The notes below the pieces were generated by a model, which was given only the letters and a program-made list of their open reading frames with translations, did no database searches and was not told the DNA's origin. Of a DNA stretch of 59,820 bases, positions 31,192 to 40,125 are shown one piece after another (positions within the stretch are counted from its first letter, which is position 1; each line of letters begins with the position of its first letter). The stretch is from Flavobacterium sp. (lineage in GTDB: Bacteria > Bacteroidota > Bacteroidia > Flavobacteriales > Flavobacteriaceae): the NCBI GenBank assembly GCA_024644805.1, contig JAHEHC010000001.1, positions 1 to 59,820 on the forward strand. The letters are read 5' to 3'. A program made the position numbers and the translations under genes.

Positions 31192-31824
31192 ATGATACAT
31201 GAACTAAAGAATATGTATGGGTATCTTTTTGAAGATGATCTGTTGGATGATATCGTGAAAGCAGGAATTTATAAAGAGATCCCAGCGGGAAATAAGATAA
31301 TAGAGATCGGACAATACATCCAATCCATGCCCTTACTGATCGAAGGGGCGATAAAAATATTACGGGATGATGAAGAGGGTGATGAATTGCTGCTCTATTT
31401 CCTTGAAAGTGGGGACACCTGCGCCATGACTCTTACCTGTTGTTTGGGAAATGCCAGAAGCGAAATTCGAGCGGTGGCCGAATTGGACACTAAATTGATC
31501 ATGGTCCCCATAAGTAAGATGGAAGAGTGGACCCGCAAATATAAAAGCTGGAGGGATTTTGTCTTTCAAAGTTATCATAACAGGCTTATGGAAATGCTTG
31601 AGACGATCGACAGTATTGCATTTTTGAAAATGGACGAACGACTATTAAAATACCTAAAAGATAAATCGACCGTAACCAATAGTATGGCCATTTCAAGCAC
31701 CCATCAGGAAATTGCCCACGAACTGCATACTTCCAGGGTGGTTGTATCAAGATTATTGAAGAAGCTCGAAAACCAGGGAAAGATCAAACTGAACAGAAAC
31801 AATATTGAGATCGTGTCCCTTTAG
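31192..31824 (+). CDS. Crp/Fnr family transcriptional regulator
   Basis: cNMP-like domain (GDELLLYFLESGDTC), HTH THQEIAHELHTSRVVVSRLLKKLE. Confidence 0.93.
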   Translation: MIHELKNMYGYLFEDDLLDDIVKAGIYKEIPAGNKIIEIGQYIQSMPLLIEGAIKILRDDEEGDELLLYFLESGDTCAMTLTCCLGNARSEIRAVAELDTKLIMVPISKMEEWTRKYKSWRDFVFQSYHNRLMEMLETIDSIAFLKMDERLLKYLKDKSTVTNSMAISSTHQEIAHELHTSRVVVSRLLKKLENQGKIKLNRNNIEIVSL

Positions 31825-31880
31825 CTTATTTTTTTCTTCAGCTTTTATTACTTTTAGCCCTCAACTAGCTAACTAAGGGA

Positions 31881-32681
31881 TTGGAAATCATTCAAATTAT
31901 CGGATTTGCCTGCGCTTTATTAATTGGAGTAATACTTGGATTAATAGGCGGCGGAGGCTCAATTCTTACCGTTCCAATTCTTGTTTATCTATTCTATCTG
32001 AATCCTGTAACGGCGACCGCCTATTCCTTGTTTGTGGTAGGATTTACTGCTTTGGGTGGAACCATACGAAGCATACAAAAGAATCAGGTAGATTTTAGAA
32101 CCGGTATCGTCTTTGCAATACCCTCTTTAATTGCGGTCTATTTCACCCGAAAGATATTGATTCCCGTTATACCCGATACCATAGTTACAATTGGTGAATT
32201 CATATTGACCAAAGATCTGGTTATTATGATATTCTTCTCATTGATCATGCTTTTATCAGCATACTACATGATCAGAAGAGGTGGTTTGGGCTTCGAAAAA
32301 AACCTGTTTATGAAATATCAATACCTGTCTCTGATCATCCAAGGCGCTATTGTTGGGTTGTTAACTGGTGTCGTTGGTGCAGGGGGTGGTTTTCTTATCA
32401 TACCCGCTTTAGTTCTATGGACCGGGCTGCCTATGAAAAAGGCAATTGGCACCTCGTTGATGATAATTGCCATTAAATCATTGATCGGTTTTATTGGAGA
32501 CGTTGAGAACATGGTGATCGATTGGGGCTTCCTGTTGGTCTTCACCGGTATTTCGTTTGTTGGAATATTCATAGGAATATATCTCAGCCATTTCATAGAG
32601 GGTTATAAGCTGAAAAAAGTATTTGGTTGGTTTGTTCTGTTCATGAGTGTGTATATATTATTTAAAGAAGTATTTCTTTAA
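31881..32681 (+). CDS. TauE/SafE family sulfite exporter
   Basis: GLIGGGGSILTVP, GAGGGFLIIP, AIGTSL; TTG start. Confidence 0.9.
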   Translation: MEIIQIIGFACALLIGVILGLIGGGGSILTVPILVYLFYLNPVTATAYSLFVVGFTALGGTIRSIQKNQVDFRTGIVFAIPSLIAVYFTRKILIPVIPDTIVTIGEFILTKDLVIMIFFSLIMLLSAYYMIRRGGLGFEKNLFMKYQYLSLIIQGAIVGLLTGVVGAGGGFLIIPALVLWTGLPMKKAIGTSLMIIAIKSLIGFIGDVENMVIDWGFLLVFTGISFVGIFIGIYLSHFIEGYKLKKVFGWFVLFMSVYILFKEVFL

Positions 32682-32722
32682 ATAATCCTATTTTTTTCTT
32701 AATTTCAAGGTTTCTCTACTTT

Positions 32723-32736
32723 GTAACAAATGTTGC
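32723..32736. promoter_or_regulatory. operator 2 GTAAC-AAAT-GTTGC
   Basis: One mismatch; 22 bp upstream of TAATTTTA (32759-66). Confidence 0.7.
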
Positions 32737-32786
32737 AAAACTAAACGCTTAGCATCGTTAATTTTAACCGTTTTTAAATCATAATT

Positions 32787-33344
32787 ATGGATTTTTTACT
32801 TGAACCCTGGCCATGGTATGTTGCTGGTCCGTTGATCACTTTTGTGATGTTATTACTCCTCTATTTCGGAAAGAAATTCGGAGTGTCTTCCAATTTAGAG
32901 ACGATTTGTGCCATTAGCGGTGCAGGCAAGATCTCATCCTTTTTCAATTTTGACTGGCGTAAGAGCGGTTGGAACCTGATATTTATATTGGGAACCATGA
33001 TCGGAGGTTTTATCACGTATCAGTGGTTAACCCCCAATGAAGCCGTAGCCATTAATGCAAAGACCATTCAGGACCTAAGTGAAATTGGTTTTGCAAATGC
33101 CGGAGCCCAATATTTGCCCGATGAGATCTTCAGCATTGAATCATTATTGTCAGTGAAAGGATTCCTGATCTTGATATTCTCAGGAGCATTGGTTGGTTTT
33201 GGTGCTCGATATGCGGGAGGATGTACTTCCGGACACGCCATTTCAGGTTTAAGCAATTTGGAGGTCCCATCTCTGATATCTGTAATAGGATTTTTTATAG
33301 GGGGCTTGATCATGACCTGGTTATTAATTCCATTAATATTCTAA
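32787..33344 (+). CDS. YeeE/YedE family sulfur transporter subunit (half 1)
   Basis: PWPWYVAGP, GFGARYAGGCTSGH. Confidence 0.9.
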   Translation: MDFLLEPWPWYVAGPLITFVMLLLLYFGKKFGVSSNLETICAISGAGKISSFFNFDWRKSGWNLIFILGTMIGGFITYQWLTPNEAVAINAKTIQDLSEIGFANAGAQYLPDEIFSIESLLSVKGFLILIFSGALVGFGARYAGGCTSGHAISGLSNLEVPSLISVIGFFIGGLIMTWLLIPLIF

Positions 33345-33354
33345 ATTTTAAAAA

Positions 33355-33768
33355 ATGAAAAAAGTAAAGTTTTTAATTATTGGGATCCTTTTTGGAATTA
33401 TACTGAGCAAAGCTGAGGTCATTTCATGGTATCGAATCTATGAAATGTTCAAATTCCAATCGTTCCACATGTATGGTGTCATTGGTTCTGCAGTGATACT
33501 GGGAGCCATCGTAATGTTATTGATCAAGAAAGGGGTGATCAAATCCTATCAGGGGGAAAAAATAGATATTGAACCCAAAAAGAAAGGGGTTTCAAGAAAT
33601 ATAATAGGAGGGATCATTTTTGGTCTGGGTTGGGGACTAATAGGTGCCTGTCCCGGTCCTATGTTCATTCTACTTGGAAGAGGTGTTCTATCAATTATCA
33701 TAGTAATTATTGGTGGATTGCTTGGTGTTTTGTTATACCATCTGATAAAGAATAAATTGCCTCATTAA
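33355..33768 (+). CDS. YeeE/YedE family sulfur transporter subunit (half 2)
   Basis: FGLGWGLIGACPGP. Confidence 0.9.
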   Translation: MKKVKFLIIGILFGIILSKAEVISWYRIYEMFKFQSFHMYGVIGSAVILGAIVMLLIKKGVIKSYQGEKIDIEPKKKGVSRNIIGGIIFGLGWGLIGACPGPMFILLGRGVLSIIIVIIGGLLGVLLYHLIKNKLPH

Positions 33769-33797
33769 TTTGTTTGAATTTATAATACGATAAGCAT

Positions 33798-35414
33798 ATG
33801 AAGTATGGTTTTATCATAGATAATCGAAAATGTATTGGTTGCCATGCCTGTACAACAGCTTGTAAATCAGAGCACGATGTTGCCATTGGGGTCAATAGGA
33901 CCTATGTGAAACAAGTTGAAAAAGGAGCATTTCCGGATACCCGAAGGATATTCTCCGTAATGCGTTGTAACCATTGCTCAGATGCACCCTGTGTAGAGAT
34001 CTGTCCGGTGGAAGCCTTATATACGCGAGAAGATGGGATCGTAGACTTTGACAACAATCGCTGTATCGGTTGTAAATCCTGTATGCAGGCCTGTCCTTAT
34101 GATGCCTTGTACATCGATCCAAACAACAATACCGCTGCAAAATGTAATTACTGTGCTCACCGCGTGGATGTTGGAAGAGAGCCCGCATGTGTAACCGTAT
34201 GTCCTGAACATGCGATTATTGCCGGAGATATGGAAAATCCCACAACTGAGATCTCTCAGCTATTGGCACGACAGGCGGTTAAAGTACGAAAGCCCGAAAA
34301 AGGTACAAACCCCAATCTATTCTATATAGATGGGGATGATTCCTCTCTGGTTCCTGAACTAACCGATAAATCCGGTCCGGGTCTTTGGAATTCACAAGCC
34401 CGTGGAGTAGGTCATTACGCCAAGGCAGCCGAAAAGATGTTGCACACCAACGATGATGTCGATCTATTACAGATGACCATCGACAATGAAATGCAGGCAG
34501 CCTATCAGAAGAAAGATACTGAAAATCCAAACTATATCGATGTGCTAAACGGAACTGCAAGACGCGTCTATGACACCCCAGACAAAGGCATCCTTTGGGG
34601 TTGGGAAGTGTCGGCCTATGTGTTCACCAAAGCCATTGCTGCAGGCGCCTTTTTAATTCCATTCATTGCCTTTTTATTTGGTGTGGAAATTTCCTCTACT
34701 ATCGCCATCTGGTCATCTGGAATCTCTCTTGGATTCCTGGCATTGACCGGGTTGTTCTTAGTGATGGATCTGGATCGACCCGATCGATTCCTGAATGTAT
34801 TGCTACGGCCACAATGGAATTCCTGGTTGGTAAAAGGGGGGTATATCATAACCATTTTTGGACTATTGGTAACCGCTTGGTTGGTGATGAACCTATTGGA
34901 TATTCAGATAGGTCTTACTGTTTTGCTTTGGGGAACCGCCCTGTTTGGAGTACTTCTTGCGATTTACACCGCATTTTTATTCGCTCAGGCTAAAGGAAGG
35001 GACTTTTGGCAAAGTCCAACGCTGCCATTACATATGCTGGTACACAGTCTTATGGCAGGTGCCGGAATATTCATGATAGTTTCGATGATCATTGGATTGA
35101 ACGATTGGATAACCTTGTTAAAGAATATCATGATCGCTTCCCTTATCATTAATCTACTCTCAGTAATTACAGAATTAACGATCACACATCCCACTACTTC
35201 AGCAAAAGCTGTTGTAAAGATGATCACCAAAGGAAGGTATAAGAGCCTGTTTTGGTGGGGTACCATCTTAATGGGGAATATCATCCCGTTGGTGGTATTG
35301 TTCACGACGCAAAATGATATTTTGATGGGTGTTTCAGGATTGCTGGTCCTAATTGGAATTATATTAACTGAAAAGATCTGGGTGGAAGCTCCACAAAGAA
35401 TTCCACTGGCTTAA
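33798..35414 (+). CDS. fused four-[4Fe-4S] ferredoxin (PsrB/NrfC-like) and NrfD/PsrC membrane anchor
   Basis: 16 Cys in four groups (CIGCHACTTAC, CNHC..PC..CP, CIGCKSC..CP, CNYC..PAC..CP); then WGWEV..Y, DLDRPDRF, SWL and ~8 TM helices. Confidence 0.9.
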   Translation: MKYGFIIDNRKCIGCHACTTACKSEHDVAIGVNRTYVKQVEKGAFPDTRRIFSVMRCNHCSDAPCVEICPVEALYTREDGIVDFDNNRCIGCKSCMQACPYDALYIDPNNNTAAKCNYCAHRVDVGREPACVTVCPEHAIIAGDMENPTTEISQLLARQAVKVRKPEKGTNPNLFYIDGDDSSLVPELTDKSGPGLWNSQARGVGHYAKAAEKMLHTNDDVDLLQMTIDNEMQAAYQKKDTENPNYIDVLNGTARRVYDTPDKGILWGWEVSAYVFTKAIAAGAFLIPFIAFLFGVEISSTIAIWSSGISLGFLALTGLFLVMDLDRPDRFLNVLLRPQWNSWLVKGGYIITIFGLLVTAWLVMNLLDIQIGLTVLLWGTALFGVLLAIYTAFLFAQAKGRDFWQSPTLPLHMLVHSLMAGAGIFMIVSMIIGLNDWITLLKNIMIASLIINLLSVITELTITHPTTSAKAVVKMITKGRYKSLFWWGTILMGNIIPLVVLFTTQNDILMGVSGLLVLIGIILTEKIWVEAPQRIPLA

Positions 35415-35424
35415 ATAAATTATT

Positions 35425-38316
35425 ATGGGATACAAAAAACCATCTTTTATTGAAAATATTGCTGAAAAAATTGGTCTGATCCCCAATCTCCATAAAGAAG
35501 GGTATCAGGAATTTGATGGTGATATGAGGCATTTCACCGATGAAGAAGTGGCTCAGATGTATGAGAACTTTCCACCTCCTGAAAAATGGGACAACTGGGT
35601 CGAGTATGACCCAAAGGTGTGGCCAAAGAAAGAAAAGAAGACCTATCAGATCGTCCCCACAACATGTTTTAATTGTGAAAGTGCCTGTGGACTTACTGCA
35701 TTCATAGATAAAGAGACCCAAGAGGTTAAAAAATTTGAAGGAAACCCCTATCATCCTGGTAGTCGTGGAAGGAACTGTGCAAAAGGTCCTGCAACCATCA
35801 ACCAGCTTACCGATCCCGACAGGATCCTATTCCCACTGAAACGCAAAGGAAAACGAGGAGAAGGAAATTGGGAACGGGTTTCCTGGGATGAGGCTTTGGA
35901 CACTATTGCAGGAAGAATTCGCAAAGCGATAAAAGAAGACCGACACAATGAGATCGCCTATCATGTAGGGCGTCCGGGACATGAAAAATTCATGGACTGG
36001 ATACTTCAGGGTTGGGGAATTGACGGTCATAATTCACACACCAATATCTGCTCTTCCGGAGCACGTTTTGGATATAATATATGGTATGGTTATGATAGAC
36101 CATCTCCCGACCATTCCAATGCAAAGTTCATTTTGTTGGTCTCTGCTCATTTGGAATCAGGGCATTATTTCAATCCCCATGCACAAAGGATCATTGAAGG
36201 AAAAATGAAAGGGGCAAAATTGGCCACAATGGATCCTCGTTTGTCCAATACGGCTTCCATGTCCGATTATTGGCTTCCATCCTACCCTGGAACAGAAGCT
36301 GCTGTATTGCTGGCCATGGCTTTGATCATTCTAAAAGAAGGGTTGTACAACCGTTCCTATATTGAGAATTGGACCAACTGGAAAGAATATCTCAAGGCCA
36401 GGCATGGTGACAAAGAGGTTCTTTTTGAGAATTTTATAGATGCGCTCATAGAGGAATATCAGGAATACACTCCCGAATTTGCTGAAAAAGAATCCGGGGT
36501 GAAAGCCGATATGATCATTGAGATCGCTCATAAGATCGGTGAAGCTGGTGAACGATTTGCTTCACATAACTGGAGAGCTGCAGGGGCTTCCAACCTTGGA
36601 GGTTGGGCAGTTGCTCGTTGTTTGCATTTCCTAACGGTTCTCACAGGAGCTGTAGGTGCAAAAGGAGGAACTTCACCTAATTCTTGGAATAAATTCGGCC
36701 CAACGCAACCCAACAAACCAAAACCACAGAAGAAATGGAATGAATTGCATTTTCCAAAAGAATATCCTTTGGCCTTTTTTGAAATGAGTCAGTTATTGCC
36801 TCATTTCTTGAAGGAAGGGCGTGGTAAGATGGACGTTTATTTCTCCAGGGTGTTCAATCCTATATGGACCTATCCTGATGGTTTCACCTGGATGGAGATG
36901 TTCTCGGATGAAAGTAAATTTGGTTTACATTCAGCATTGACTCCAACCTGGAATGAGACTGCATTTTACGCCGATTTTGTATTGCCAATGGGCTTGGCCT
37001 CTGAACGGCATGATATCAACTCCTACGCAACCCATGGGGGAACATGGGTCGCATTTAGACAACCCGTTCTCAGAGAAGCAGCTCGCCGAAATGGAAATCC
37101 GGTTGAATATACCTATCAAGCCAACCCGGGTGAAGTTTGGGAAGAAGATGAATTTTGGATCGAATTATCCTGGCGCATCGATCCCGACGGTTCCATGGGA
37201 ATTCGGAAACATTTTGAATCGCCTTATCGCCCCGGTGAGAAGATAACCATTGATGAATACTATCAGTATATCTTTGAACGGGTGCCCGGATTAAACGATG
37301 TGGCTGAGAAGGAAGGGCTTTCTGCACTTGAATACATGCAGAAGTACGGAGCCTATGAAATAGAAAAAGGTGAATCGTATAAGAAGAATGAAACCCTATT
37401 ATCTGATGAACAACTCGAGGGAACCAGTGTAGATCCAAACACCGATGTGATCATGAAAAATGACAACCCAATCGGTGTGATGATCGATGGAAAACCTATG
37501 GTAGGATTCCCAACTCCTTCCAGGAAGAACGAGTTCTATTCACAAACCATGGTCGATTGGAATTGGCCCGAATATGCCATTCCAACTTATATAAAAAGTC
37601 ATATCCATAACGACAACCTGGACAAATCAAAAGGCGAATATGTATTGGTCCCAACATTCAGGTTACCTACGCTCATTCATTCCCGATCAGGGAATGCAAA
37701 ATGGCTCGTTGAGATATCCAATAGAAATCCCATCTGGATGCATCCCGATGATGCAGCAAAATGGGGATTCAAGACCGGAGATCTGGTGAAAATGAATACC
37801 GATATTGGCTATTTTATAGACAAGGTATGGGTCACCCAGTCCATGAAACCAGGAGTAGTAGCATGTTCACACCATATTGGAAGGTGGAGAAGACCTCAGG
37901 ATAAAATTGGAAATCGATGGGCTACCAATACGGTGCATATCGAAAACAATGGAAATGGAGGTTGGAAGATGAACACCATATCCGGTATACATCCGTTTGA
38001 GTCAGATGATGTCGATTCAAAAAGAATATTTTGGAAAGATGGAGGGGTTCATCAAAATATCACCCACGCCGTACATCCCGATCCAATAAGCGGAATGCAT
38101 TGCTGGCATCAAAGGGTTCGAATAGAAAAACCCAATGAAGGAGAACAATATGGTGATATATTCGTGGATACCAACAAGTCCCATGAGATCTATAAGGAAT
38201 GGTTGGCGATGACTCGACCAGCTCCTGGACCAGATGGTCTTAGAAGACCGCTTTGGTTTAAGAGAGCTTTCAAACCAGATATTTCAACCTACTATGTAGA
38301 TCGAGATAAAAAGTAG
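35425..38316 (+). CDS. Mo/W-bisPGD (DMSO reductase family) catalytic subunit without Tat signal
   Basis: FS0 motif C-x2-C-x3-C-x29-C (TCFNCESACG...NCAKG); W.RVSWDEA; SHTNIC putative Cys ligand; C-terminal IWMHPDDA...GDLV domain. Confidence 0.9.
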   Translation: MGYKKPSFIENIAEKIGLIPNLHKEGYQEFDGDMRHFTDEEVAQMYENFPPPEKWDNWVEYDPKVWPKKEKKTYQIVPTTCFNCESACGLTAFIDKETQEVKKFEGNPYHPGSRGRNCAKGPATINQLTDPDRILFPLKRKGKRGEGNWERVSWDEALDTIAGRIRKAIKEDRHNEIAYHVGRPGHEKFMDWILQGWGIDGHNSHTNICSSGARFGYNIWYGYDRPSPDHSNAKFILLVSAHLESGHYFNPHAQRIIEGKMKGAKLATMDPRLSNTASMSDYWLPSYPGTEAAVLLAMALIILKEGLYNRSYIENWTNWKEYLKARHGDKEVLFENFIDALIEEYQEYTPEFAEKESGVKADMIIEIAHKIGEAGERFASHNWRAAGASNLGGWAVARCLHFLTVLTGAVGAKGGTSPNSWNKFGPTQPNKPKPQKKWNELHFPKEYPLAFFEMSQLLPHFLKEGRGKMDVYFSRVFNPIWTYPDGFTWMEMFSDESKFGLHSALTPTWNETAFYADFVLPMGLASERHDINSYATHGGTWVAFRQPVLREAARRNGNPVEYTYQANPGEVWEEDEFWIELSWRIDPDGSMGIRKHFESPYRPGEKITIDEYYQYIFERVPGLNDVAEKEGLSALEYMQKYGAYEIEKGESYKKNETLLSDEQLEGTSVDPNTDVIMKNDNPIGVMIDGKPMVGFPTPSRKNEFYSQTMVDWNWPEYAIPTYIKSHIHNDNLDKSKGEYVLVPTFRLPTLIHSRSGNAKWLVEISNRNPIWMHPDDAAKWGFKTGDLVKMNTDIGYFIDKVWVTQSMKPGVVACSHHIGRWRRPQDKIGNRWATNTVHIENNGNGGWKMNTISGIHPFESDDVDSKRIFWKDGGVHQNITHAVHPDPISGMHCWHQRVRIEKPNEGEQYGDIFVDTNKSHEIYKEWLAMTRPAPGPDGLRRPLWFKRAFKPDISTYYVDRDKK

Positions 38317-38327
38317 TTGTTTTAGAT

Positions 38328-40055
38328 ATGTTTAAAAAGTTATTTCCATTTCTAACTTGGCTACCTATAGCAAAACGGTCTATCCCGGATGACCTCATTG
38401 CCGGTTTGACCAATACTGTTATTGTAATTCCTCAGGCAGTGGCATTTGCAATGATTGCCGGTTTACCTCCCATTTATGGCTTCTATACGGCGATGGTCAC
38501 GCCAGTAATTGCGGCCCTGTTTGGGTCTTCATTTCACTTGATCTCTGGACCTACCACGGCGATCTCGATCGTGGTCTATTCGACCCTAGTGAAATTCGTA
38601 AATCCGGAATCCGATCTGGAGGCCTTTGTCTCTTTGGCACTGGTACTAACGTTTCTTGCTGGATTCTTTCAGTTTTCCATGGGGTTGTTACGAATGGGAA
38701 AACTGGTCAATTTTGTATCCCACTCGGTCATCATTGGATTTACTGCGGGGGCCGGAGTATTGATCGCCTTTAAACAGATCAAGTATGTGTTCGGGGTAGA
38801 AATCCCACAAGGCAGCTCTGTTCTTGATACACTCCGCTATCTGTTTCAAAATCTGGGTGAGATCAATGGATATGTATTAATGGTATCCTTAGGCACTTTG
38901 GTCATCGCATTATTCATAAAATATCTTATCAAACCCATTTCTCGATATTATATGCTCATCGCTATGGTACTGGGTTCTGTACTGGCCTATTTTTTAGGAG
39001 GTGAACTGAACGGCATTCAATCGGTTGGCGAAATACCTTCCAGTTTACCATCATTTAAAATACCTGATCTGAGCTTTCAGAATGTCGGGTTACTGAGTTC
39101 AGGGGCTATGGTATTGGCCTTGTTGGGGCTGATAGAAGCTGTTGCCATTGCCAGATCTGTCGCATTGAGCACCCATCAAAAGATCGATGGCAATCAGGAA
39201 TTCATCGGACAGGGTCTATCGAATATGGTGGGTAGTTTCTTCTCGAGCTATGCCGGGTCCGGTTCGTTCACCCGTACCGGAGTGAACCATCAGGCTGGAG
39301 CAAAGACACCCATGTCTTCCATATTCTCATCATTGTTCCTGGTTGGGGTCTTACTGCTACTCGCTCAATACACCACATTTCTACCTAAAGCAGCTATGGG
39401 AGGGATCATTGTTCTGGTTGGGGTAAGTCTTATTGACCTGCATCATATTAAGAAAGTTTACAAAAGCAGTGGTCGGGAATTGATCGTATTGTCCATAACA
39501 CTCTTTGGGACCTTGTTCTTTGATCTTGAATTTGCATTATTGGCCGGTATTCTGACCTCTTTCTTTTTCTATATGGAACGAACATCAAAACCCAATATAG
39601 CGGTACTTGGGATGGATCCAAATAAACGAATGATCAATATGGTTCGGGATCAGGATGCTAAGGAATGCTCTAATATAAAGGTCATTCGTATTGATGGCTC
39701 CTTATATTTTGGATCCATTGAGAAGATCTCTAATTATTTTAGTAGTATCTATGAGGAGAATGAGATCAAACATGTAATCATATCTGCTGATGGAATCAAT
39801 TTTATTGATCTGGCTGCTGCCGAATGGATCACCAATGAGATTCTTAAATGGCAAAAGACACGTGGAGGCATCTATTTTGCAGGACTGAAATTAGTGAGTC
39901 AGGATGTCTTGCAAAAAGGAGGTTTTAAAAGTGAGATGGGGGGAGATATTTTCTTTAAAGACAAAAAAACAGCCATCCATGAAGTTCATCAGAAAATAAA
40001 AGAACCCTGTAAGGAAAAGGTCTTTGATGAATGTCAGGTCATAGAAAATGAATAA
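38328..40055 (+). CDS. SulP family anion transporter with STAS domain
   Basis: DLIAGL, IPQAVAFAMIAGLPP, GSFTRT, RIDGSLYFGS. Confidence 0.93.
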   Translation: MFKKLFPFLTWLPIAKRSIPDDLIAGLTNTVIVIPQAVAFAMIAGLPPIYGFYTAMVTPVIAALFGSSFHLISGPTTAISIVVYSTLVKFVNPESDLEAFVSLALVLTFLAGFFQFSMGLLRMGKLVNFVSHSVIIGFTAGAGVLIAFKQIKYVFGVEIPQGSSVLDTLRYLFQNLGEINGYVLMVSLGTLVIALFIKYLIKPISRYYMLIAMVLGSVLAYFLGGELNGIQSVGEIPSSLPSFKIPDLSFQNVGLLSSGAMVLALLGLIEAVAIARSVALSTHQKIDGNQEFIGQGLSNMVGSFFSSYAGSGSFTRTGVNHQAGAKTPMSSIFSSLFLVGVLLLLAQYTTFLPKAAMGGIIVLVGVSLIDLHHIKKVYKSSGRELIVLSITLFGTLFFDLEFALLAGILTSFFFYMERTSKPNIAVLGMDPNKRMINMVRDQDAKECSNIKVIRIDGSLYFGSIEKISNYFSSIYEENEIKHVIISADGINFIDLAAAEWITNEILKWQKTRGGIYFAGLKLVSQDVLQKGGFKSEMGGDIFFKDKKTAIHEVHQKIKEPCKEKVFDECQVIENE

Positions 40056-40056
40056 T

Positions 40057-40070
40057 GTAACATTAGTTAC
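40057..40070. promoter_or_regulatory. operator 3 GTAAC-ATTA-GTTAC
   Basis: Palindrome 22 bp upstream of TATTTTTA (40093-100). Confidence 0.75.
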
Positions 40071-40125
40071 CAATACATGAAATTAGAATATATATTTTTA
40101 TCGCATTAATTAAATACATAACATT

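Noticed and set aside
35425-35500. KKPSF at the Mo-subunit N-terminus as a variant Tat signal
   Set aside because: No RR, wrong spacing to Phe and no hydrophobic h-region
35425-38316. Naming the Mo enzyme soeA, psrA, arrA or fdh
   Set aside because: Lacks the SoeA-type motif and the Tat signal of Psr/Arr; no in-frame TGA or Fdh-type C/U-H motif; needs phylogeny
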